A stretch of DNA of 64,000 nt, taken from the NCBI GenBank assembly GCA_951406725.2, contig OX597814.1:22940001-23004000 (forward strand), given 5' to 3'. The DNA comes from Octopus vulgaris (taxonomy: Eukaryota). Shown piece after piece: positions 12,432 to 23,629 of this stretch. The position numbers and the translations under genes are program-made. The notes below the pieces were generated by a model. The model searched no databases, was not told the DNA's origin, and worked only from the letters and a program-made list of their open reading frames with translations. Position 1 is the first letter of the stretch, and the number at the start of each line of letters is the position of its first letter.

Positions 12432-14429
12432 GTTATTATACCAACTCCCCCATGCAATTTCCTCCCACCCGGTGCAACCTGTCGGCTCCAGCACATCCCG
12501 CTTTCCTATATGTGCGTGTATATGCGTATATGTGTGCGTATATATATGTATGTGCACATATGTGTACGTATATGTATATATATATATATATGTGCGTGTG
12601 TGTGTGTGTGTGTGGGTGTGTGTATGTGCATATATGTTTCCCTGCATTTTCCTCCTATATATACAAATTTTGTCTCCCATATATGTCTTCTTTTCCCTAC
12701 ATATTTCTTCTCCTACACCCATATCCTTCCTATATAGTCTCTTTATTTCCCTATATCTATACCCTTTCACATTTCTAACTCGGATGTTGAACGCACACCG
12801 CCAAACTCCACTTCCCACCCTTCCAATTTTCAGTTCCCCCCGCCCGCCCCTACGTGGGCACCTTTAACACACACCTCTAACTTTCAACCACCTTCATCTC
12901 ATGTTAAACTTTACCAAATTATATTTTTATTTTATTTTATTTTATTTTTATTTTTATTTTTATTTTTACTTTTATTTTTACTTTTATTCTACTTCGATTT
13001 ATTCTCATTTTTATTTTCATCCCTTATCTTAATTCTTATAATTTTTATAATTTTTATATTTCATTTCTAACTTTTACATTGTATTTCTTATTTTATACTG
13101 TATTTCTTACTTTTATTTTTATTTCTAATTTTTACCCTTACCCTCATTCTTACCCCTAACTTATCGCTTTATATCTCTATATATGTCTATTTTTTTTGCT
13201 TATCCCTTATTTACTTACCTATGGATCCACTTTATGATTATACGAGCGTCCGTGTACGTATGTATACGTATACATATATGTACATATGTACGAGTAAACA
13301 TCTACGTCTGGATGTACATACCCCGTATTTCTTTTTTTACATGTTTTCTTATATTCATATGTTTACACCTATTTGTATACATCTTTTAATATCTTATAGC
13401 TATACCCATATGCGCGTATGTCTCTGTGTGTGTATGTAAGTGTATATGTGCACGCACATATGGACACACAGCCGTGTGTGCGTGCACGTGTAGACGTGAG
13501 TGCGTGATTCTTTACATACGTTCTTATATACATCCTTTAATATCTTATATCTAAACCTGGAAGCGTGGGCATATGCGTATGTGTATGTAAGGATGGGCGC
13601 ACGTATGTACATATGGGTGTGTACACGTATAATGTCCGTGTATACATGCGGATATTCTGTTGTATGTATGTATATGTACGCGCGTGCGTGTGGGTGTGTG
13701 TGTGTTTATGTACATGTTTACACGTGAGTGCGTGTGTATGCTTATAGGCTTGGAGGCGTATATGTACGCGTGTATATGGGTGTATGTATCCATGATGGTA
13801 TGTATGTACTAGATGACCAATTAATTCAAAGAACCAGATTAAACGCTCAACAGCTCTGATTTACAACACATTAGGTCCCCAGACGACACTGTTGATTTAT
13901 TGACACCCAAAACTTCTACAACTAAATTTTATCAATCTCCTGACCACCATGTTTGGTCCGTAACCTCTATACATCCCTTATCTTTATATTTTTTTACATT
14001 TTTATCATGTTTATTCCTATTTTTATTTTTTTACTTTTTACTTTTATTTCTATTTCTATTTTTACTTTATAACCTTATGCCTTTACATTTATTTATATTT
14101 CTTTATATTCTTTATACCCCCTTTGACATCTCCTTATATCCCTTTATATCTTTATACTCTACATTTTTATATTTTTCTATACTTACACTTTTTATACATT
14201 TTTTATCCCTCGTCCTGAATTCTCGCCCCTCCATCTTCACGTCTATATATGTATTTATTTATTTACATTACTTCAACATCCAAATTTCCTCATTCTACAT
14301 TGAGAGAAGAAAGAGATGGACGCTTCAATTCTATGCTGCTGCCGCATTATGTCGTACGCGAATGAGAGGATTTGCATCCCCAACCAAGAATTTTTGATGT
14401 AACACATGTCCTTGTGGAAGCTGTTGTGC

Positions 14430-14507
14430 GCGGCTGAAGAAGGCCACAGACATACATTATGCATTGTTATAAATCTGTCTAATAAAGGCCCGAAACATAT
14501 GTACCGC
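14430..14507 (+). ncRNA. Type I minimal hammerhead ribozyme with extended stem II (family B 3' end)
   Basis: GCGG-CTGAAGA-A-GGCC..ACAGA..TCTGT..GGCC-C-GAAA-CATATG-TA-CCGC: 4-bp stem I, canonical core, palindromic stem III ACATATGT, GUA triplet. Confidence 0.85.
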
Positions 14508-14538
14508 TGAATCCTTCGCATCATGTTTTTATTTTGAT

Positions 14539-14600
<62 letters not shown>

Positions 14601-14694
14601 GGATTTCGTGGACAGGAACTGAAACAAATCAATCGTATATATATGTATGTATATATGTAAGTGTATGTGTTTTGGTATTGGCAACATGAATGAC

Positions 14695-14960
14695 AATGGT
14701 CAGAGACCACTTGAATTTTGCACATACCATAACCTGTGCATCACTAACACATTCTTTGACAACAAGACATCCCACAAGGCATCTTGGAGATATCCATGAT
14801 CTCACCACTGGCATCAGCTGGATCTCATCATTACACGAAGATCCTTTCTGAATTCTGTTCCACTGATCCGTAGTTACCACAGCGCGGATTGTGACACAGA
14901 TCATTCACTAATAAGAAGCAGGGTGAAGATTCTGCCTAAAAAAGTCCATCACTCCAAGAA
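14695..14960 (+). mobile_element. RTE (BovB-like) LINE fragment, AP endonuclease
   Basis: Translates to NGQRPLEFCTYHNLCITNTFF..SWRYP*SHHWHQLDLIITRR..SADCDTDHSLI. Confidence 0.85.
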
Positions 14961-15200
14961 AATTTTTCCTTTGCACATTCCCACTATCGGTGAATTTTAA
15001 CATAAAATTATAATTACAAAACATGTAAACCCATATGCACAAACATACATGTATATTATGTGAACATCTACATGTATCTATGAGTGTATATTTGTGTGAA
15101 TATATGTATGGGTGCATACATATGTATATTTATATACATGCATACGCACACATATACATGCACAGACACATACACACGCGCGCGCACACACACGCATATT

Positions 15201-15530
15201 TACGAGGGGAAGTAAAAAAATTATCCGCACTTTCGCCATAACATATCTTTATTATTGCCACATTGCCTTCCGCGCATGCGTGCTTACAGTTGATACTATT
15301 GTGGTCACATGATCGAAGTTTGAGCCTGATCGAAGGTTGAGCTGAATCCTCTCGTCGGTGGTGGAGGTTGAGGGGCGTCCTGCTTGTCCGGCCACTTTTA
15401 AATTTCTAGATTCACTCATAAATACCTCTACGCAGTAATGCACTGTCTCCATATTGTGCTAAAAGCCTCCGATGAATTTCAGCACCTGAAACATTTTCAG
15501 TGGTGCACGTTGCTAGTGGAGCGGCCATGC
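15201..15530 (-). mobile_element. Mariner remnant (internally deleted)
   Basis: TA-CGAGGGG..AAAAAATTATCCGCAC mariner-like terminus, and the minus-strand peptide GRPSTSTTDERI typical of the mariner N-terminal region. Confidence 0.55.
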
Positions 15531-16578
15531 TTACACTATAAAGCCAGAAAGAAAAAATGGCGTGATCTGGCTCAAATTTCGATCACGTGAGCATAATAGT
15601 ACCAACTATAAGCACGTATACACAGAAGGCAGTGTGATAATAATAAAGATATGTTATGGCAAAAGTGCGAATAATTCATATGTACGGTTGTATATGTGTG
15701 TGTGTGTGCGCGTGTGTGTGTGTGTGTGTGTGCGCGCGCGCGCGCGCGTATTTGATTTGCTTTGTTGTGGTCAAATATTTAACCATTAAGTTCTTACATC
15801 AGGAGTCATGTGTTGATTTGTTTGTATTGATTAAACGTTTCAACGTTTGGTTTTCATGACAGTAGCCACGTATTATTTTTCTTTTATGATGGTTATATGC
15901 ATGTTTATTTTGAACTTTCTTGCGATATCATTATGGTTTATAAACTACAGATACACAGAAATTAAACACCTAATCACAGGCACGTAAGCCTGTGAACAAA
16001 CAACTAGTGACCAGTAATATCTTTAAGTAACAATGTAAAATTGAAAGTTGTAAACTTCACAACTCCAACCGTTATATGAGGTATAATAGTACAACACTCG
16101 TTGGCTTACCACGCATTTGCAACAGGATTAATCGTAAAGAAAATATACCATACATCAGAAACACATTTAGAACAACATAAAAGGATAATACTTTATAAAA
16201 TTACACACAAAAAAGAAAATATTACACATGAAGCTCTACTTATATCGTAATACAGTGAAGAAATAAACAAGTAAACAACAAACACATCCCCAAAATTTAA
16301 CACAGGCTTAATGACATGAAAACTTAACAGTCAAAAATTTGATTTACATGCTGTAAATTAACACGGGCTTACTGATGTAGGTGCCTAACGGTAAAAAAAG
16401 CATTAGCAGGAAAGTCTACGTGATGTCAACCCGTGTAAAGAAACAGTACAGAGGGCAAGTAAATCCAGTTCCTAAAACATAACACTGGGAAGGCCAAGTA
16501 TCACCGAATATGAATTTAAGAACTTTATTGTTCCAAACTAGCTGTAGAAATTATACATACATATGTATATATATATAT

Positions 16579-16745
16579 AAGAAATTAAAAAAGGAAAATA
16601 CGCACACTTACATGGTTTTAATATAATTTTTAATATATCGACCGGTTTCGCTATCGCTATTCATGATATTATGTTTAATTTATTTGAATATATATTTTTT
16701 CGTAAGAAGAAATTTGGTCCATGTTGTGTGTGATGAAATTCACGA

Positions 16746-16747
<2 letters not shown>
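16579..16747 (-). mobile_element. About 170-bp TA-flanked retrozyme-like element
   Basis: Unique sequence between two (TA)n runs, carrying the hammerhead variant at 16635-16669. Confidence 0.6.
16635..16669 (-). ncRNA. Minimal type I hammerhead, A3:U8 core variant
   Basis: Minus strand reads AUAUC-AUGAAUA-GC-GAUA-GC-GAAA-CCGG-UC-GAUAU: 5-bp stem I, 2-bp stem II, palindromic stem III ACCGGU, GUC triplet. Confidence 0.75.
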
Positions 16748-16783
<36 letters not shown>

Positions 16784-16924
16784 CGCCACCCCGCTGGCTA
16801 AGCGAGCAGGCCAACAGACGAAAGAGTGAGAGAAAGAGTGGTGAAAGAGTACAGCAGGGATCACCACCCCCTGCCGGAGCGTCGTGGAGCTTTTAGGTGT
16901 TTTCGCTCAATAAACACACACAAC

Positions 16925-17786
16925 GCCTCGGAGGGTAACTTTCTAGGTTACCGAAGGGGGTCACAAAATATATATATATTGCGTAGAAAAATGCGAGCAA
17001 GAGAAATAATACTCTTAAAATTATAAACCTGGAAAAGTTTAGGACAACTTATTACATCTGGTACAGCACAGAACAAGAAAATTTTTACTTAAAATATTGC
17101 AACTAATAAAAAATTATTTGATCTTAAATGACAAAGTAACATTATAATTAAAATACGTAACATTTTGTTAAAATATTGACTCACTAGAATACTTAAAACA
17201 TGAGAGTCAGAAGTACCAATTTAGCTAAAGTTTTATGCAAAGTAGAATAGTATATATGGTAGGCAAATTCATTATGTAAAAAGCAGGCATTAGCTCAAGA
17301 CTAAAAATATGAAGTTTTGGTAATAACTTAGGCAATAACACGAGCAAGCTTTACAGTGAATTTGTTGTTATAAGTAGATTTTGCTGTAATATTTAACTAA
17401 TTTTTGTATTATTCTATTTATTGTACAAACTAATAATGTACTATTATTATAATTTTTTGTAACCTATTTTCAATTTTCTTATTATTAATAAAGAAATAAT
17501 TTTTTAAAGTGCAAAGAATATTTTAATGGATTTTAAATTCTTAATAGAAGTAATAAGTAATAACAAATAGAAGTAATAACTTGTAATACAATTTTTAAAG
17601 TTTTAATAAAAGCTAATATTTTCTAAATCTAAATATTTTATTTGAAATGTTATCCTTAGAATATCCTGGAATAGTTTAAGTAAAAATTTTCTTGTTCTGT
17701 ACTTTACAAGATGTAATAAATTGTCCTAGACTTTTCCAGTTTTATAATTTTAAGAGTATTATTTCTCTTGCTCGCATTTTTCTACG

Positions 17787-17828
<42 letters not shown>

Positions 17829-17867
17829 TGACCCCCTTCGGTAACCTAGATAGTTACCCTCCGAGGC
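16925..17867. repeat. Fold-back/MITE-like element with about 170-190-bp inverted arms
   Basis: 16925-17098 is the reverse complement of about 17670-17867 and encloses an AT-rich spacer of about 570 bp. Confidence 0.85.
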
Positions 17868-18295
17868 ACAAGTCCGGGCAAGGTTGTTTATGGAAGACCA
17901 GCAGTCGCCCACGCATACCAGCCTCCCCTCTCCACGCCACTGATGTTATCCAAGGGAAAGTCAGAGGCCGATACAGCTTGGAACCAGTGACGTCGCAGCT
18001 CATTTATTAACGTGCAAGTGGCAGAGCACTCCACAGACACCTGTACTCTTAACGTAGTTCTCGGGGAGATTCGGTGTGACACAAAGTGTGACAAGGTTGG
18101 CCCTTTGAAATACGGGTGAGAGAAAGTTGTGGTGAAAGAGTACAGCAGGGTTCACATCCCACCTCCTGCCGGAGCCTCGTGGAGCTTTAGATGTTTTCAC
18201 TCAATAAACACTCACAATGCCCGGTCTGGGAATCGAAACCGCGATCCAACGACTGCGAGTCCGCTGCCCTAACCACTGGGCCACTGCGCTTCCCA
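17822..18295 (-). mobile_element. tRNA-derived SINE family C
   Basis: Minus-strand head GGAAGCGCAGTGGCCCAGTGGTTAGGGCAGCGGACT..GGTTTCGATTCCCAGACCGGGC (A/B boxes). Partial copies at 16781-16927 and 49675-49751. Confidence 0.8.
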
Positions 18296-18299
18296 CGCA

Positions 18300-18335
<36 letters not shown>

Positions 18336-18344
18336 TTGTGTGTG

Positions 18345-18515
18345 TGTGGTGAGTTCAAATAAACGAGTAAAATAACGGACAAAAGGACGTGCCCAAGAAA
18401 TGTATTAGCTTGATGCTCGGTGAAAAGAGAGAGTTTGACGTTTCGAGCAGAAATCTTCGTCGGAAAGGAGAAAGGGAAAAGTTCAAAGAAAGAAACGAAA
18501 TCGCCAACGTATGTA
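18345..18515 (-). mobile_element. Retrozyme/pLTR-like element with degenerate hammerhead (18434-18466)
   Basis: Minus strand reads UUU-CCGACGA-A-GAUUUCUGCUC-GAAACG-UC-AAA, with U4 changed to C and stem II damaged. Flanks are homologous to 9135-9350. Confidence 0.55.
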
Positions 18516-19416
18516 GTTACATGCATATAACTGGAATCCTACATTATCTTTCACTATACTTTTATGTGACAGAGTATACCATTTATTCGTGGTAATTTAA
18601 TGCTATCTAATAATACCTGTTTAGGCATTAGAATATCGATTGAACCTAGACAATATATAAATCACAAAGGTCACCTCTAACTTGTCCCCAAAATGTCCCA
18701 ACCCATGTTTGGGATCACTGGGAAATTTATTAGGAATCCATAATATATAGCTCATAATCCAGTATCAAAGGGCAAGTAACACATAGACCAATTAGTTTTA
18801 TATATGTTACGTATTTACTTTGCTTACGGTTCTTGTACGAGGACAGAGAGTATGTGAATAAACATGCTCTAATTAAAGAAGAGTTTATATCAATATTAAA
18901 CGATAAGGAAATAATATTTATTTCATTTTGATGTTCAAAATTGAGTAAACATTCATTATTCTGTGGCAAGCTCAAATCCATTGGAAATGTGTGAAGAAAA
19001 TTAGGTGTTGTAAACATTTGATATTAGTACTAAGTGACATTTGTTTACAGAGTTACAATTTAAATTTGAAAACTAAGAAAATCTGAAAACAAATTTTCAT
19101 TTGGCTTTAAAAATCACAGGTACAAATATTTAATTGTCTAATACCTTAACAAATAAGATGATGTAAGATGTAAGCGATAGCTACGTAAAATAAATGAATG
19201 TTTTGTTTTAAGTAAGAATGATTCATAGCAATTTATCTTATAGAAAGAAAAAAAAAACAATTGTACTAATATGCAATATAGGGAACATAAATAAACGAGC
19301 TACAAAATATTATGCGATGTGGTAAAGCATTATTAGTAAATAATAAATATTTTCATTGCTTAGCAAGAGTAGGTGTCATATACAATATGTTTCGGCATTA
19401 TTATATCATCAGCGCC

Positions 19417-19635
19417 AGGCGGTGAGTTGGCAAAAACGTTAGCACGCCGGGCGAAATGCCTATCGGTATTTCGTCTGTGTTCAAATTCCGCCGAGATCGA
19501 CTTTGCCTTTCACCCTTTCGGGGTCGATTAAATAAGTACCAGTTACGCACTGGTGTCGATGTAATCGACTTAATCCGTTTGTCTGTCCTTGTTTGTCCTC
19601 TCTGTGTTTAGCCCATTGTGGGTAGTAAAGAAATA
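19417..19635 (+). mobile_element. tRNA-derived SINE family A
   Basis: AGGCGGTGAGTTGGCA head, GTTCAAATTC B box, GCCTTTCA.CCTTTCGGGGTCGA central motif, AGTAAAGAAATA tail. Many near-identical copies occur in the window. Confidence 0.9.
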
Positions 19636-19639
19636 GGTA

Positions 19640-21712
19640 TTGTGCATCGAGAAGTTAATATTAAAAGGAGAATCTTCCAAGGTGACCCGGTTTCTCCTTA
19701 CTTTTGGTAATTCCACTAATACCCATAACAATGACACGTAGGAAAGTTAAGCTGGGTTACCGATGTGGGAAAAAAGACCCATCATTGAACCATCTTCTGT
19801 TTATGCATGATCTGAAATTGTTTAGGAAATCTGAAAAATAGATAGATTCCTTAACCAAAACAGTCAAGAAGTGTGGGAGGGACATTGGTATGCGATTTGG
19901 GATTACCAAATGCTCTGTACTAGTATGAAAAGAGGGAAGAAAGCAGTCTGCAGAGGATTGCGGTTACCATCAGGAGAGACCATGGGTGAACCGGGAGCTG
20001 GGTGACATTTTACACAGAGAAATGAAAGTCAAGGTCAGCGAGGCGTATCAAAAAAGGTGAAGATGGTGTTGAAGTCCAACCAGAATGCCAAAATTTTGAT
20101 TGCCGCAATGAATATCTGGGCAGTTGCGGTGATCAGATGTAGTGCGTCCATCCTCAAATGGACTAAGGAGGTAATATGAACACTGGATAGAAGGACGAGA
20201 AAGTTGATGAAGCTGCATGGGGTACTACACTCTAAAGCAAGCGTAAATAGACTGTATATGAAAAGAAAGAATGGTGGCAGAGGACTAATTAGTATAGACC
20301 ATTTTATAAGGAGTGAAAGGAGAATGCTTGCTGAGTATTTGATAAATAGTGATGAAGACCTGCTGCAATATGCTGTGAGAGATATGGGTATAAATACAGA
20401 TGAAATGATGGGCAAGGCAGAGTTTAACCAAAGAGCTAAGGAAAAGACAAAAAAAAACTTTCTTGAAATTAGAATGCATGGAAAGTTTGAAAGGAATACA
20501 CAAGACGTTAAGCGTAATACAGCATTGTGGGCATGGTTTTAGCGAGGTGATTTGAAGCGTACCACCAAAAGCCTGATCATTGCTGCATAAGACCAGTCTC
20601 TTGCTACCGATTCAGTGAAGTATACCAACTATAAAACTTCTGACTCCCAGAAATGCACACTCTCTTTACTCTTTACTCTTTTACTTGTTTCAGTCATTTG
20701 ACTGCGGCCATGATGGAGCACCGCCTTTAGTCGAGCAAATCGACCCCGGGACTTATTCTTTGTAAGCCCAGTACTTATTCTATCGGTCTCTTTTGCCGAA
20801 CCGCTAAGTGACGGGGACGTAAACACACCAGCATCGGTTGTCAAGCAATGCTAGGGGGACAAACACAGGCACACAAACATATACACACACACTTATATAT
20901 ATATACATATATACGACAGGCTTCTTTCAGTTTCCGTCTACCAAATCCACTCACAAGGCATTGGTCAACCCGGGGCTATAGCAGAAGACACTTGCCCAAG
21001 ATGCCACGCAGTGGGACTGAACCCGGAACCATGTGGTTGGTTAGCAAGCTACTTACCACACAGCCACTCCTGCGCCTATGTGGAAAGAGTGTGGAAAATA
21101 TGACCCACTTGGTAAGTGGATGTTAGAACCTTGCACAAAAAGAATACAAACGCCACCACGATAAAGTGTGATTGTATTTTCATCGAATCTTATGTTGTAA
21201 ATACCAATATGAAGAAACAGAGAACTGGTATGACCATGTACCAAGTAAAGTTACGCAGGAGGATGGAAAAGTAACAATACTCTGGGACTATGATTTTCCG
21301 ACGGATCGTGTAATCGAACACCGTCGGCCGGATATAGTCATATTGAATAAGATCATTGATGTAGCCATACCATATGACATGAATGTTGTGCGTAAAGAGG
21401 TTGAAAATCACCAAGTACTCCGAATTGAAAGTGGAAATGGCAAGACTGTATGGAATATGAGAGGGGTAATGTAAAAGTGATACCAGTGGTGATCGGAGCG
21501 TTGGGCTCAATTCCATTGAAACTTCAAGACTTCTTAAGGCAACTGGAAAGCCCATGCAAGATTGATGTCTTGCAAAAAGCAGCCTTGTTGGGCACAGCGC
21601 ACATCTTAAGGAAAGTATTATCTGTCTGAGGTCCCTGTTGTGACTTGACAGATGACTAAATACTCCGGTGCATTTTTACCTACACTGTGTTACGAAGAAA
21701 TAATAATGATGA
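19640..21712 (+). mobile_element. Dong/R4-clade LINE, 5'-truncated and decayed, ending in (TAA)n
   Basis: RT motifs IFQGD..SP, NHLLFMHDLKLF, RLYMKRKNGGRGL. CCHC knuckle KCTL-CGKSVENMTHLVSGC. Restriction-like endonuclease ILWD..TDRVIEHRRPDIV..IIDVAIP..LQKAALLGTAHILRKVL. Confidence 0.9.
20660..21077 (-). mobile_element. SINE family B inserted in the Dong/R4 zinc knuckle
   Basis: Minus-strand head AGGCGCAGGAGTGGCTGTGTGGTAAG..GGGTTCAGTCCCACTGCG and a (AAAGAGT)n-type tail. It splits the CxxC codons. Homologue at 42320-42764. Confidence 0.88.
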
Positions 21713-21761
21713 TGGTGATAATAATGATGATGATGATGATAATAGTAATAATAATAATAAC

Positions 21762-21838
<77 letters not shown>

Positions 21839-21890
21839 TAATAATAATAGTAATAGTAATAATAATAATGATGATGATGATGATGATGAT
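21700..21890. repeat. (TAA)n/(TGA)n microsatellite
   Basis: Directly visible; target or tail of the Dong/R4 element. Confidence 0.95.
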
Positions 21891-22536
21891 GTTATTTTCG
21901 ATGTTGTTGTTATTATCAAGTAATAAGAAATTAAAAAGGCGAAATCTAAATGTGTATTATATGACTACAATGAGGCCACCGTAAGACAGCTGCGCATAAA
22001 CATTTATGTGTATGTGAATATTTCCGATATAAAAATGAAAGAGCTTCAAGAGTTGATATGTTTTAAATGCAGCAATCACTGCAGAAATAAGTTTTCTTTA
22101 TTATAACATAATTTATCTTAACTTTTGGTTTTATTTTTGGTATTTAATGAAGTGTTTTGTCTCTGTTATTCTTTCTTCATTTCCAGCTTTTGTTTCTTTC
22201 CCTTTTGCTATTTTTCTCATTAAGCCTACTGGATGATAAATGCATGGTGTATCGAGGGATGACACCAAAGATAATTACTTTTCAAGCAGCATGCATGCAG
22301 GAAGGATGCAACACCTCTCCTCTTTAGTTGTTGCTGTTTTGAACTCATATTTTAAAACAGTGAGAAAGAGAATGTTTATGGAAAACCTCTAATGAAACAT
22401 CTTATCTGTTCAGATTATAAATTTGCAAACATACCAAAATTTATTGATAGACGTAGTTAGGCTGCTAAATAAAATTCGTGATGTTCGAGGTTGCGGACAG
22501 AGAACCAGGCGATCTAACAAGCATTTTGTAAATATA

Positions 22537-22768
22537 TATTTCTTTACTACCCACAAGGGGCTAAACACAGGGGACAAACAAGGACAGACAAAGGGATTAA
22601 GTCGATTACATCGACCCCAGTGCGTAACTGGTACTTAATTTATCGACTCCGAAAGGATGAAAGGCAAAGTCGACCTCGGCGGAATTCGAACTCGGAACAC
22701 AACGACAGACGAAATACGGCTACGAATTTCGCCCGGCGTGCAAACGTTTCTACCAGCTCGCCGCCTTC
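22537..22768 (-). mobile_element. SINE family A with 16-bp TSD
   Basis: TSD GCATTTTGTAAATATA at 22521-22536 and 22769-22784. Confidence 0.92.
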
Positions 22769-23629
22769 GCATTTTGTAAATATAGTCAGTAAGCGAAGCA
22801 GCCAAGCTATGCGAGATTCATTCTCTCAGGAAGAATATGATAGTTACAAAAGAAGGACAACCGTAAATACTTTGGTGCACGCACGCACACACACATATAC
22901 ATACAGACACAATAACCCCTTAAATAGCTCTCAAAAAGTTTCGCTGCAAAATGCATACGTACGCGCTTCCACAGCCCATAGATATTAAGCTAACAGCGTA
23001 CAGCCCATATATATTACGTTAACAACGGACAGAATAAAAGTATATACACTTACACAATTGCACATACATAATTTATTCAGATTTATTTCACCTGTTGCTC
23101 ATGTTAATATGAAACTTCATTCTCTTAGGACACTTGCAGTCATTCGAGCTCCTTCATTTTCGATATGCACTGATACAGAACAACACGTTTTCTCGTTAAG
23201 ACCATTTTATTCCATTCTCCTATAATTCTTCCCACATCAAGCTTCCTAATTTAGAATTTTTAAAGAAGAACTTTTTTTCTTAATATTTCATTGAGCGGTA
23301 AACAAAGAAATGCAGTTTCTTAAAAATTCATTGAGCGGAAAACAAAGCAATGCTGTTGTTTTCATTTTGTTTTAGTGTTAGTTAAGGCGTTATTTTTCAT
23401 AAACGCACACAGATTTATAACCTACTTAACAACCTCAATAGTCATATTTTTCAGGCAGTGGGGTGCGGCCATGCTGGAGCACTACAATTGATGTGATTAC
23501 TAGTTTATGGCATTTTCCACCGCCCACTAATTCATATGTTTACACACACACACACACGCGCACCCTCTCACCTCCACATCATACTCTAAAACGTTGGAGA
23601 AATAATATATCTTTTAGGCAGTTGATTGT

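Larger units (their letters stand above)
9970..14541 (+). mobile_element. Penelope-like element family B, nearly full length (Naiad-like by motifs)
   Basis: The coding region runs from about 9970 to 12431 with a single 1-nt frameshift near 10244. A 2.1-kb 3' region ends in a hammerhead and (TA)n. Confidence 0.92.

Noticed and set aside
18730-19017. 95-aa ORF in unique sequence (also 58604-59079)
   Set aside because: No recognisable domain or convincing splice structure; compatible with chance ORFs in AT-rich DNA.
19417-19500. tRNA genes suggested by A/B boxes
   Set aside because: They are heads of multi-copy SINEs with tails and TSDs, and no full cloverleaf is evident.
21652-21984. Poly-I/poly-N/poly-L ORFs (also 60945-61371 and 63532-63735)
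   Set aside because: They are translations of (TAA)n arrays.
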